Source: Octopus bimaculoides
Taxonomy: Eukaryota
Direction of reading: 5' to 3'
NCBI RefSeq assembly: GCF_001194135.2
Contig: NC_068988.1
Coordinates: forward strand, 19,676,351 to 19,711,683
DNA: 35,333 nucleotides
Shown: one piece after another, positions 12,311 to 22,687 of the stretch
Layout: each line of letters starts with the position of its first letter
How positions within the stretch are numbered: position 1 is the stretch's first letter
Notes under the pieces: model-generated
Told to the model about the DNA's origin: nothing
The model's input: the letters and a program-made list of their open reading frames with translations, nothing else
Databases searched by the model: none
Position numbers and translations under genes: made by a program

Positions 12311-12545
12311 AAGGCGGCGACCTGGCAGAATCGTTAGCACGCCGGGCGAAATGCTTAGCACCATTTCGTCTGCCGTTACGTTCTGAGTTCAAATTCCGCC
12401 GAGGTCGACTTTGCCTTTCATCCTTTCGGGGTCGATAAATTAAGTACCAGTTACGCACTGGGGTCAATGTAATCGACTTAATCCGTTCGTCTGTTCTTGT
12501 TTGTTCCCTCTATGTTTAGCCCCTTGTGGGCAATAACGAAATAGG
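12311..12545 (+). mobile_element. SINE family A, full length, tail type A1
   Basis: AAGGCGGCGACCTGGCAGAATCGTTAGCACGCCGGGCG..GAGTTCAAATTCC.., tail ..TTTAGCCCCTTGTGGGCAATAACGAAATA shared with 33478-33706. Confidence 0.92.
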
Positions 12546-13032
12546 TATTTCGTCTNNNNNNNNNNNNNNNNNNNNNNNNNNNNNNNNNNNNNNNNNNNNN
12601 NNNNNNNNNNNNNNNNNNNNNNNNNNNNNNNNNNNNNNNNNNNNNNNNNNNNNNNNNNNNNNNNNNNNNNNNNNNNNNNNNNNNNNNNNNNNNNNNNNNN
12701 NNNNNNNNNNNNNNNNNNNNNNNNNNNNNNNNNNNNNNNNNNNNNNNNNNNNNNNNNNNNNNNNNNNNNNNNNNNNNNNNNNNNNNNNNNNNNNNNNNNN
12801 NNNNNNNNNNNNNNNNNNNNNNNNNNNNNNNNNNNNNNNNNNNNNNNNNNNNNNNNNNNNNNNNNNNNNNNNNNNNNNNNNNNNNNNNNNNNNNNNNNNN
12901 NNNNNNNNNNNNNNNNNNNNNNNNNNNNNNNNNNNNNNNNNNNNNNNNNNNNNNNNNNNNNNNNNNNNNNNNNNNNNNNNNNNNNNNAGTAGTCGAACCC
13001 AGCAGGCGTCGTTGTTGACTGTCTGTTCGAAG

Positions 13033-13075
<43 letters not shown>

Positions 13076-13109
13076 ATTTATAAGGATGCATGTAGTGATC
13101 TAAATATTG

Positions 13110-13298
13110 TTTTCTAATATAGGCACAGGGCTTGAAATTTGGGGTGGAGGCGTATCTAGTGGATTACATCGATCCTAGTGCTTGACCCATAATTATTTGA
13201 TCGATACCGAGAAGACGAAAATCAAAGTCAGCCTCGTTGGAGTATGAACTAAGAACGAAAATATGGACGAACTGTCGCTAAGTATCTTGTCCAGCGTA
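13110..13298 (-). mobile_element. SINE family A, diverged copy, A2-like tail
   Basis: AGGCACAGGGCTTGAAATTT..GATTACATCGATCCTAGT..CAAAGTCAGCCTCG..GAACTAAGAACG aligns to the reverse complement of family A. Confidence 0.7.
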
Positions 13299-13959
13299 TG
13301 TTGCATGTTGTGTCGCACGGTGCGCGCGCGCGCACAGCATACATACACACATACACACGTACGCACATGTATTTATAGAAGAAATAAGGATAAACACAAA
13401 ATTGTATTATAGTTCTTACGAGCGTTTCACCATTATAGTTGTTTGGATCCCTGCAAAATTAAGTGTTCTAAAAGCATTCAAATGCTCAACCGCAACAAAT
13501 TATGGAATAACATTTTATTGCATTAACTACATATAACTCTTATGTAGCTCAATACAATAAAATGTTCCCTGATGATCCATGTTGATCGAGCATCTAAATA
13601 CATTTCGAACGTTTATTACATGACTCCAAACAACATTATAGGTGAAACGCGCGTAGGGACTATAATATAAACTTGGCTATTATAAATTTGGTCTATAGTA
13701 CATAACTAATAACACTAATGAGTATAAAAGTTTGAAAATTACTTAACAACTAAACTGGGAGCAGACCGGATAATACCAACGTAGTTGGAACTCTAAACAA
13801 AGAAGTAGTAGCCATATACCAATATCCACACAGAGGTTCAACTATACACATTTATATGCACTCAAAAGTATTTATGGTTTGGCCAGGCTGTAAGTTATTA
13901 ATAACTTAGGCTATTTTATGCGGCAAGTATATGTATAAGTATTTATGCATATCTATCTA

Positions 13960-13990
<31 letters not shown>

Positions 13991-14456
13991 NNNNNNNNNN
14001 NNNNNNNNNNNNNNNNNNNNNNNNNNNNNNNNNNNNNNNNNNNNNNNNNNNNNNNNNNNNNNNNNNNNNNNNNNNNNNNNNNNNNNNNNNNNNNNNNNNN
14101 NNNNNNNNNNNNNNNNNNNNNNNNNNNNNNNNNNNNNNNNNNNNNNNNNNNNNNNNNNNNNNNNNNNNNNNNNNNNNNNNNNNNNNNNNNNNNNNNNNNN
14201 NNNNNNNNNNNNNNNNNNNNNNNNNNNNNNNNNNNNNNNNNNNNNNNNNNNNNNNNNNNNNNNNNNNNNNNNNNNNNNNNNNNNNNNNNNNNNNNNNNNN
14301 NNNNNNNNNNNNNNNNNNNNNNNNNNNNNNNNNNNNNNNNNNNNNNNNNNNNNNNNNNNNNNNNNNNNNNNNNNNNNNNNNNNNNNNNNNNNNNNNNNNN
14401 NNNNNNNNNNNNNNNNNNNNNNNNNNNNNNNNNNNNNNNNNNNNNNNNNNNNNNNN

Positions 14457-14512
<56 letters not shown>

Positions 14513-15209
14513 GGAGAGACAGACAGAGAAAGAGAGAGACAATTTTAATTGCGGTAATAACATATTTGAACGGATTGCTTAATTAGGAAATATGAATTTT
14601 GTGTCATTCATCGAATTGTTAAAAACTTACACAAACTTTCTATATTACTATACATTCGTTTTATAGTAAATATTATGTATTTTAGTGCACACAGACTAAA
14701 AAGTTATCATGTAATATTTATAATTATCTCTTCCATTGTATACTGCTATGCAATTCGCTACTAACGTGCTCATATATTCTCTCAACAAGCTTATAAGTTA
14801 TTCTAAAGGTATGTTTAGGAGTTACTTTATAATTGAATTAATATATTGAATATGTACACAGGTATCGTGACATTCCAGAGAATTTTACGAGGTAATCATT
14901 TATTTCTAAGGAAAAACATTGCTATTTCTATAAAAATAAACAGCGTTTTTAATAATTATATTCAAAATTTGCTACAGAATTCAAGGAAAACGTTAGATAA
15001 ATATCTTTGCTACATATATATGCATCTAATATTTGATGAAATACTCACTGACATAATGCTTTAATCATTTTAGTATTTGCAAAATCTACCAGGAATAGAG
15101 AACGATATATTCATTCACATGTACCAAGCTATTCAAAATATCTCTGCAGCAAGTCATCTTTATTCGAAGTAGAAAAAGTCAAATTACATCTAATCAAAAC
15201 CCAACTGAA

Positions 15210-15297
15210 ATATTGATCTAAAATGTTGGCAGAAGCCCAGCAATTTTGGAGAAGTGGTAAAACGATAACATCGATCTCAGTATCCAACTGGTGCTTC
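15210..15297 (-). mobile_element. SINE family A 3' half remnant, tail type A3
   Basis: Reverse complement AAGCACCAGTTGGATACTGAGATCGATGTTATCG..CCAAAATTGCTGGGCTTCTGCCAACATTTT matches the A3 tail. Confidence 0.6.
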
Positions 15298-15830
15298 ATA
15301 CCAACATACAACGGAAAAGGTAATTGATGAGAAGGGGAACGCAAAAATCCTCTGGTACTTTGACTTGGAAACAGACAAGGTGTTAGAATATCGAAGGCCG
15401 GATATAGTAACCTTTAGGAGGGACAAACAAGAGTGCCTAATAATCAACGTAACAGTGCCAAAAGATCAACACACTATCACAAAAGAAAGAAAAAAGATTG
15501 ATACGCATGGAGACCTAAGAATTGAGATCGCTAAGAGGTGGCAGTAACGAGAATCAAACATAAAGTTGTCCTTATTGTCATTGGTGAAATGGGTTCAATA
15601 CCACCCAATCTGGAAAAAAAAAGAAAACAAAAGTATCTGGATATGTTAGAAATACCCTATAATTATAGGCGTATTGCAAAAATCGGCATTACTCGAAACT
15701 GCATTACTTGGAATTGCGCAAAGTACTGTCTGTCTGTTTGTCTGAGGTTCTTCACAGACTGTACAAATCGCCGGTAGACAAATTTCTTCAATCGACAACA
15801 TCATGATATTGAATGCTGTGCGACGCCCTA
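15298..15830 (+). mobile_element. R4/Dong-like non-LTR retrotransposon 3' end with restriction-like endonuclease domain and 3' UTR (lineage 1)
   Basis: Reads YQHTTEKVIDEKGNAKILWYFDLETDKVLEYRRPDIV..CLIINVTVPKD..KERKK..LRIEIAKRWQ*, then shifts to VVLIVIGEMGSIP..LQKSALL..LRKVLSV. This is the PD..D..K RLE fold typical of the R4 clade. About 90 bp of UTR follows, then (AAT)n. Confidence 0.87.

Positions 15831-15874
<44 letters not shown>
15831..15874. repeat. (AAT)n microsatellite joining two R4-like fragments
   Basis: 44 bp of pure AAT repeat. Confidence 0.97.
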
Positions 15875-15876
<2 letters not shown>

Positions 15877-16310
15877 GGGCATCTTCCAAGGGTACTGCCT
15901 GTCCCCACTCATCTTTGTACTGTGCTTGATACCACTGACACTGATTCTGAGGAAAGCAAAAGCTGGGTATGTATTCAAAAGCCGCCAACAAAAAGTTAAC
16001 CATTTGTTGTTCATGGATGACCTCAAACTTCATGGAAGCCCAAGTCAGTTCCCTCGTTGATATCAGAATGGTGTTCGGACTGAGAAAGTGTGGTGTGTTA
16101 GTATTGAAGAGAGGCAAAATCAAATGTATGGCGGACTAACGATACCGTCGGGGGAGGTTATGAAGCGGATAGAAGAGACGGGCTATAAGTACTTGGCGAT
16201 ATTGGAAATGGAGAAATTAATGGAGAAAGAAATGACAGAAATATTTACGGTGAAGTACTTACGCAAACTGAGACTGATCCTTAAGTCGAAATTAAACTGA
16301 CAGAATAAGA
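15875..16310 (+). mobile_element. R4/Dong-like reverse transcriptase fragment (RT motifs 4-7 and thumb), frameshifted
   Basis: From 15878: GIFQGYCLSPLIFVLCLIPL..KVNHLLFMDDLKL (FMDD at 16010-16021). Shifted frames give DIRMVFGLRKCGVLVLKRGKI and GYKYLAILE..YLRKLRLILKSKLN. Confidence 0.88.
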
Positions 16311-16441
16311 TCGATGTGATTCGCAGAGCAACATAAGATGAAGCGTTTTGTTCAAGAACGCAACGTTACACCATGTCTAGGAAGTGAAACACCGATCCCG
16401 TTATCGTGAGTGAAAAACTCTAACCACTAGGTTATGCGTCC
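16311..16441 (-). mobile_element. tRNA-derived SINE 5' part (family D, single copy here)
   Basis: Reverse complement GGACGCATAACCTAGTGGTTAGAG..TTTCACTTCC..TTCTTGAACAAAACGCTTCAT has an A-box-like motif and a degenerate B-box. Family identity is from recall only. Confidence 0.55.
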
Positions 16442-16627
16442 TCACGCAATTACATATACACAACTATACACATACAGATGGCGTGTTTGACGACACCGCT
16501 TGGTCTTTCGCTGTCTATAGCTGTGTCCAATATTTTACAGATTTTAGTGTCTACAATCAGAGAATAACTTATTCCTTCCATTCTGCTCGTGTACGAAGAG
16601 CTGTGAAAGATGGTGGAAGTCTCTCAT

Positions 16628-17363
16628 TCTTTTATTTCTTTATGGGTTTTTTTTTCAGTCATTGGATTGCAGCCGTGCTAGAGCACCACATTTAATATAG
16701 TTTTAGTCCAAGAAATCGCCCCCAGGACTTTGTAAGCCTAGTGCTTAATTAATCGGTGTCTTTTGCTGAACCGTAAGGTACAGGGTCATAAACACACCAG
16801 CAACGGTTGTCAATCGATGGCGGGGGGGGGGGACAAACACAGGTACGTACATATATAAATACACACACACACACACACANNNNNNNNNNNNNNNNNNNNN
16901 NNNNNNNNNNNNNNNNNNNNNNNNNNNNNNNNNNNNNNNNNNNNNNNNNNNNNNNNNNNNNNNNNNNNNNNNNNNNNNNNNNNNNNNNNNNNNNNNNNNN
17001 NNNNNNNNNNNNNNNNNNNNNNNNNNNNNNNNNNNNNNNNNNNNNNNNNNNNNNNNNNNNNNNNNNNNNNNNNNNNNNNNNNNNNNNNNNNNNNNNNNNN
17101 NNNNNNNNNNNNNNNNNNNNNNNNNNNNNNNNNNNNNNNNNNNNNNNNNNNNNNNNNNNNNNNNNNNNNNNNNNNNNNNNNNNNNNNNNNNNNNNNNNNN
17201 NNNNNNNNNNNNNNNNNNNNNNNNNNNNNNNNNNNNNNNNNNNNNNNNNNNNNNNNNNNNNNNNNNNNNNNNNNNNNNNNNNNNNNNNNNNNNNNNNNNN
17301 NNNNNNNNNNNNNNNNNNNNNNNNNNNNNNNNNNNNNNNNNNNNNNNNNNNNNNNNNNNNNNN

Positions 17364-17397
<34 letters not shown>

Positions 17398-17495
17398 GAC
17401 GAGCTTCTTTAAGTTTCCGTCTATCAAATTCATTCCCAAGGCTCTAGTCGGCTGGAGGCTAAAGTAGGAGATACTTGCCCAATGTACCACGCAGT
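16628..17495 (-). mobile_element. SINE family C (CORE-like) lacking its head, with internal (TA)n/(TG)n spanning a gap
   Basis: 17397-17495 matches the core of the 24833 and 20117 copies (GTGGTACATTGGGCAAGT..GACGGAAAC..AAAGAAGC.CGTCG). 16628-16845 matches the 3' half at 21577 and 20310-20503. Confidence 0.78.
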
Positions 17496-18625
17496 TACAT
17501 ATATTATATTGTTGACTGTAACAAATGCTGTGAGTCATGATATATTTCTAATTTATCACACACACAAATGCCTAAACTAATAACACATGTAAACATGTAG
17601 TTGTGTTCAAGCACATGAGATCTGACACAGACCAAATATAATGAACGAGTACGGTTCATAAAGGTTTTCTCCATTTCCTGATATCATAGCGATAATTGAA
17701 TAAGACGAATATCAAGCCTGGCGTTAGAGAAACCACAGTGTCGTAGCTAGCATTCACAGAATATCTCATATCTGACACATGAACGGCTAAGACTGGCGCG
17801 GAAGAAGTATGAAATGTTGCGGTCAAAGACACAAGGTATTGCCAGAGGCAGATAATTGTGGATGAAGGAACCATGAACTTCGTGGCTATGCATTATTATC
17901 TCCGTCGATTAGCTTCTGCTCACGTGCACCCATAAAAGTTTCAATCTGAAACGTGTGTATATCTTCATACATACAAACACATATATGCACACACGCGCAC
18001 ATGCACACACACACACATATGTATGCATGTATATTGATATATACGCATATATGCTCATATATATAAATAAAAAATAACAATTATATATGTATTTAAAGGT
18101 GAGTGTGTGTGTGTATATATAAACATATATATATGTGTGTCTGTGTGCGTGTATACATATATATGTGTTAGTGTGTGTGTGATGTGTTTGTGTTGGTATG
18201 TGTAAGTGTGTGTGCATGTGTGTATGTAAGTATAGAGTGCTTGAAGTGGTATACAGATATTGTATATTGAGAAAAAGGAGGCAGTCAGAATCTTGGATAA
18301 TTCTTTATTAACGCTTTCGTTCGTTTTTCGAAATCGTCAAGACAAAATCAAAATCAGAATAACAAAAACAGAACGTTTCGTTGTTCATTTATATGAATCC
18401 GGAGCTTTTTACTTTGTTTAGAAGGGGAGAATATTGTTTGAGTGTGTGCTTTTTTTTTTTTTTGTTTATTTTGAAAATGGGGAGAGAAAAGAAAAGCAAT
18501 GACGGAGGCGGGGAATAAACAGAGAGAAAGTTTTCAGGACAATGAAAAAAGAGGAGAAAGAATAATAAAGGATGAATAAATAGATAGATAGGGTATGACA
18601 TAGATAGATGAATAGACAGTATGTC

Positions 18626-18746
<121 letters not shown>

Positions 18747-18956
18747 CCTAGCTAGATCGAGAATGAGAGAGAAAGTTTGCTCTTCAATTTGATATGGTCA
18801 GTTCACGGTAATTTCATTACAAAGCATTTTTCTTTTTTTATCTCAACTTTCTTTCTTTTCTTTCTATTGTATAACTATGAACGTATCTATAAATAAACAC
18901 ATTTCCTGGCAAGGGCTGATGACCTTTCAAAGATGTCAAGTTTAGGAAGAAGGATG

Positions 18957-18958
<2 letters not shown>

Positions 18959-19026
<68 letters not shown>
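18959..19026. repeat. (GT)n microsatellite
   Basis: Read directly. Confidence 0.96.
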
Positions 19027-19028
<2 letters not shown>

Positions 19029-20116
19029 TTATATATGTATGTATCTGTGTTTGTCCCTACGCCAAAATGTGTGGGTGAAGAGGTCACATGTCCCAGATGT
19101 GTGACTAAAGATTTTCGGACAATGGACATGATTTTAAAAACGAAGAAAAACAAATAGTAACAGTATTAAACAAGTGAAGAACAAATATATAGCGTTAGTG
19201 TTTATTTGGCAAAAGAAAAAAAAATGACCGTCCCGGAATTCAACGATATATATAAATGTGAGTGTGTGTGTGTGTGTTGTTTGGTAGTGTGTGTGAGTGA
19301 GTGTGTGTGTGTGTGTCTCTGTGTGTGTGTGTGTGTATGTGTGTGTGCGTGTGTGTGTTGTTTGGTAGTTTCTAGAAAACCGAGCGAAAACGTTTGGGAT
19401 CTTTCAATATAAACACAAAGTGAAAAAGTAAGAGAGAAAAGAATACAAAAATAAATGAACAGATATAAATTGTAATGACCCATATTTTTCTGATAAGATT
19501 AAGAAGTGCTGTGCTTTTGCCAATAAACAGGGGGAGGAAAGCGTGATGTTTGTTCATTAAGAAGTAGATTACTGGTCTGAGCGGATATAGTTTCTCGATG
19601 ATAACAGCAGTAGATTTATTAGTAATGACACTGATACACTGCTGTTAATAGACGTAACAATAATAGTATTAATGATAACGATATTTATATTGGAGGCGTT
19701 TTTGGCAGTGATTTTATGAGTAAATTCTTTATACAGGCGCCAGTGGTAATGTTAAGGATGATGGTGATTGTACAATGATGTATTGGTGATTGTAAAAGCA
19801 CACTTGTTTTGTGATGTATTGTTTTGTTTTGCTTGATGGGTGTATTTGTATGCCATGTGGATTGGCCCTGACTCATGCTATAGGTAGCCATGGCGAGTAT
19901 GGTGACCATGGTGATCAGTGATAATGGTGCTTGTATTAATTAATAAATAATAGAGTGGGAATAGGGAAATCGCGTGATTTAGTATTGGCTGGTTATGTAC
20001 TTTTTAAATAATTTCTTTGTTGTTGCATCATTTTCTTCTTTACTTCACTATCATTACTTTACATTCAGGGAACCCCAACGCAGTTACTCGGACGGGTAAA
20101 AGAATTATCCAAGGAG

Positions 20117-20505
20117 ACGCAGACGTGGCTGTCTGGTAAGAAGTTTGCTTTCAGCCACATGGCTCCGGGTACACTCCCACTGGGTGGTACATTGTGTGGT
20201 AATGGAAGTGTCTTCTATTCAAGCCCCAGGCTGAACAAGCTTGGTGAGTGGATAAGGTAGATAGAAATAGAAACAAGCCCATCATATATATATATATATA
20301 CACATACATATGCGTGTCTTTGTATTCCTGTCTGTCCATCACCGTGAGGTAGCGGTTCGGCAACAAGAACCCCTAGAATAGGGACCAGAGTTAAAAGTAC
20401 GTACTGCGTTTGATTATGTCGAGTAATAACCCATACAAGCAGATTCCCCAGCATGGCCATAGTAATGACTGAAAGGATTAAAAAGTAAGTAAAAGATAAG
20501 ATATA
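20117..20505 (+). mobile_element. SINE family C (CORE-like), near full length, diverged
   Basis: Head GTGGCTGTCTGGTAAG..CCACATGGCTCCGGG, core AAGTGTCTTCTA, internal (TA)n at 20284-20299, and 3' half GCGGTTCGGCAA..CCAGCATGGCC..GTAAAAGATAAGATA. Confidence 0.75.
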
Positions 20506-20590
20506 CCAAGAGAAATATCCTTCAAATTAAGAAATCTAAAAATTTGAAACAGATTTGTTAAGAAATATAGACTTAGTTGTATTTCATTAC

Positions 20591-20722
20591 CCCGGGCGAA
20601 ATGCTTCGCGGTATTTCGCCTGTCGTTACGTTCTGAGTTCAAATTCCGCCGAGGACGACTTTGCCTTTCATCCTTNNNNNNNNNNATTTTCAGGACTTCT
20701 GCCTTTAGTAGAAAGGATTAAT
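20591..20722 (+). mobile_element. SINE family A partial copy broken by a 10-N gap, tail type A2
   Basis: CCGGGCGAAATGCTTCGCGGTATTTCG..GCCTTTCATCCTT [gap] ATTTTCAGGACTTCTGCCTTTAGTAGAAAGGA. Confidence 0.8.
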
Positions 20723-20874
20723 ACAGAACAGTCTATTAGGATAATCAACGTCGGTGTTATCGCAGTTGGACGCTATATGCTAACAAGAAATTTTGCTAGA
20801 GTTCCTGCTCATTTTTACTAATTGGATCAAGCTTATTACAGAGATACATTGCTGCTGCAGTATTTCTTTTGTTT

Positions 20875-21090
20875 AAGGTGGCGAGCTGGCACGAACGTTA
20901 GCACGCCGGGCGAAATGCGTAGCGGTATTTCGTCTGTCTTTATGTTCTGAGTTCAAATTCCACGAGGTCGACTTTCCCTTTCATCCATTCAGAGTCGAAA
21001 AATTAGTATTTGTTGCGTACTGGGGTCGATCTAATCGACTGGGCCCCTCCCAAAAATGTCGGGCCTTGTGTCTAGAATAGAAAAGAGAAT
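20875..21090 (+). mobile_element. SINE family A, full length, tail type A2, 11-bp TSD
   Basis: Complete head, body and tail (..GGGCCTTGTGTCTAGAATAGAAAAG). TSD TTTCTTTTGTT at 20863-20873 and 21091-21101. Confidence 0.9.
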
Positions 21091-21576
21091 TTTCTTTTGT
21101 TGTTTAGCAACTGCTCAGCAAGGATCGAATCGGACAATCTTCTGATCCTTTCTATCCTAGTTAAGGTTATCCTTTTTGTTATTTGTCTATAAAGTTTTAT
21201 GCATTGATTTAAGGGTAATTTTGTTTGCTACTTTTGTTAAGATGAACGGCTGCAACGTGACGTACTCTGTAGGTCATAACTTTCATTACTCAGAACAGTT
21301 TGCGATTTGGTGAATGACCCAAACACACACACACACGCGCTCATATATACATAAGATCACGCAAATATATGCAGGTACAGTTAATTGCGTATTTCAATTG
21401 TTAATGTACAAAAATTGCTTTCAGCTTGAGTCAACAGCTCATGAAAAAAGGATTGTATGATGGGCATCAATATTTGTTTCCAGTTCTGTTTGCTTTAGAT
21501 GTTGTAACATAATACTTGGGGGGGGGGCGTGTGTGTGTGCGTGTGTGTGCATACATACTCATAGCCACGTTATATA

Positions 21577-21718
21577 TTTTTTTATTCACTTATTTGTTTC
21601 AATCATTTGTCTGTGGCCATACTGGAGCACCACCTTTAGTCTAACAAATCGCCCCCTGGACTTATTCTTTTTAAGCCTAGTACTTATTACATGCGATCTC
21701 TTTTGACGAACTGCTAAG
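21577..21718 (-). mobile_element. SINE family C 3' half
   Basis: Reverse complement TTAGCAGTTCGTCAAAAGAGA..AAGTACTAGGCTT..GGTGGTGCTCCAGTATGGCCACAG..TGAAACAAATAAG. Confidence 0.78.
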
Positions 21719-21995
21719 GTAATATTTTTTTTTATTGTTCTTTGGTATTGTATGTAATGAAATGGGAACTAATTAAAATGAATGAATAATGAGGAAGGCA
21801 GGAGAGGAGGGCCGAAAGAGAAGTTGTGTGAAAGGAAGACGAAGAGAGAGAGAGGGGGGGGAGAAATAGGTCATCGAGTATGGAAACTATGCTTGTTCCT
21901 AGTATTGTCATCATCTCGTTACCTAAAGATTCAGATTCGATAATTTGCGCCAGAAAAACAAGTATTGATTTTATTATCGTTGCATCTGTTGATAG

Positions 21996-21996
<1 letters not shown>

Positions 21997-22050
<54 letters not shown>

Positions 22051-22066
22051 GGTGGTGGTGGTGGTG
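21997..22066. repeat. (GTT)n-(GGT)n compound microsatellite
   Basis: Read directly. Confidence 0.95.
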
Positions 22067-22143
22067 ACAGTATGTGATGGTGCTGCTACTGCTATTACTA
22101 CGACTATTAGTGATAATATAATACTAATACTACTCCTAATATT

Positions 22144-22368
22144 AATGGCTTTCAAATTTTGGCAGAAGGACAGCAGTTTGGGGGAAGGGGCTAAGTCCGG
22201 TCACATCGACCTCAATGTTTAACTGGTACTTATAGTGTCGACCGACCCCGAATCGATGAAAATCGACCACAGCGGAATTTGTACTGGTAACGTAAAGACA
22301 GAAGAACCGCATTTTGCCCGAAAGCATTGTATCCAGCGTGCTAATGTTTCTGCCAGCTCGCTGCCTTA
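22144..22368 (-). mobile_element. SINE family A, full length, tail type A3
   Basis: Head reverse complement TAAGGCAGCGAGCTGGCAGAAACATTAGCACGCTGG; tail ..CTGCCAAAATTTGAAAGCCATT. Confidence 0.85.
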
Positions 22369-22427
<59 letters not shown>

Positions 22428-22455
22428 TAATAATAATGATAATAATAATAATAAT
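22369..22455. repeat. (AAT)n microsatellite
   Basis: 29 units with two variants. Confidence 0.97.
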
Positions 22456-22548
22456 AGCACCACAGTAAACCACAGCACATACCCAAGGCGCAGAGAGCTG
22501 CGCTCGGCAGTGAAGTGAAAGCACGTTATAAAAATAAAACTACTGAAC
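22456..22548 (+). mobile_element. R4/Dong-like lineage 2, 3'-UTR-only copy inside (AAT)n
   Basis: 86/93 identical by manual alignment to the reverse complement of 4017-4109; (AAT)n lies directly on both sides. Confidence 0.85.
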
Positions 22549-22560
22549 AATAATAATAAT

Positions 22561-22640
22561 ACAGCACTGCTTGGAACCACCCGAATACTCCGGAAGGTGC
22601 TCTAAAAATGAGATCGTGGAGCTGGACAATTTCTTCTACA
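22561..22640 (+). mobile_element. R4/Dong-like lineage 3, extreme C-terminus plus start of 3' UTR
   Basis: Directly after (AAT)4, ACAGCACTGCTTGGAACCACCCGAATACTCCGGAAGGTGCTCTAA translates to TALLGTTRILRKVL* (22561-22605), matching ALLGTAHILRKTL and SALL..LRKVL in the other fragments. Confidence 0.68.
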
Positions 22641-22643
22641 GAC

Positions 22644-22687
22644 GTGAAATTTGCGGGGAGAGTGTAAGTCGATTCCATCGACCGTAG
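22644..22687 (-). mobile_element. SINE family A tail fragment running into a gap
   Basis: GAAATTTGCGGGGAGAGTGTAAGTCGATTCCATCGACC resembles the reverse complement of the family A 3' region. Confidence 0.5.

Noticed and set aside
17656-17930. Plus-strand coding-like stretch (..NIKPGVRETT..NVAVKDTRY..)
   Set aside because: It has several stops and no motif I can identify; it may be a decayed element but I cannot assign it.
22036-22066. (GGT)n as a G-quadruplex
   Set aside because: Only GG runs in an ordinary microsatellite, with nothing to suggest function.
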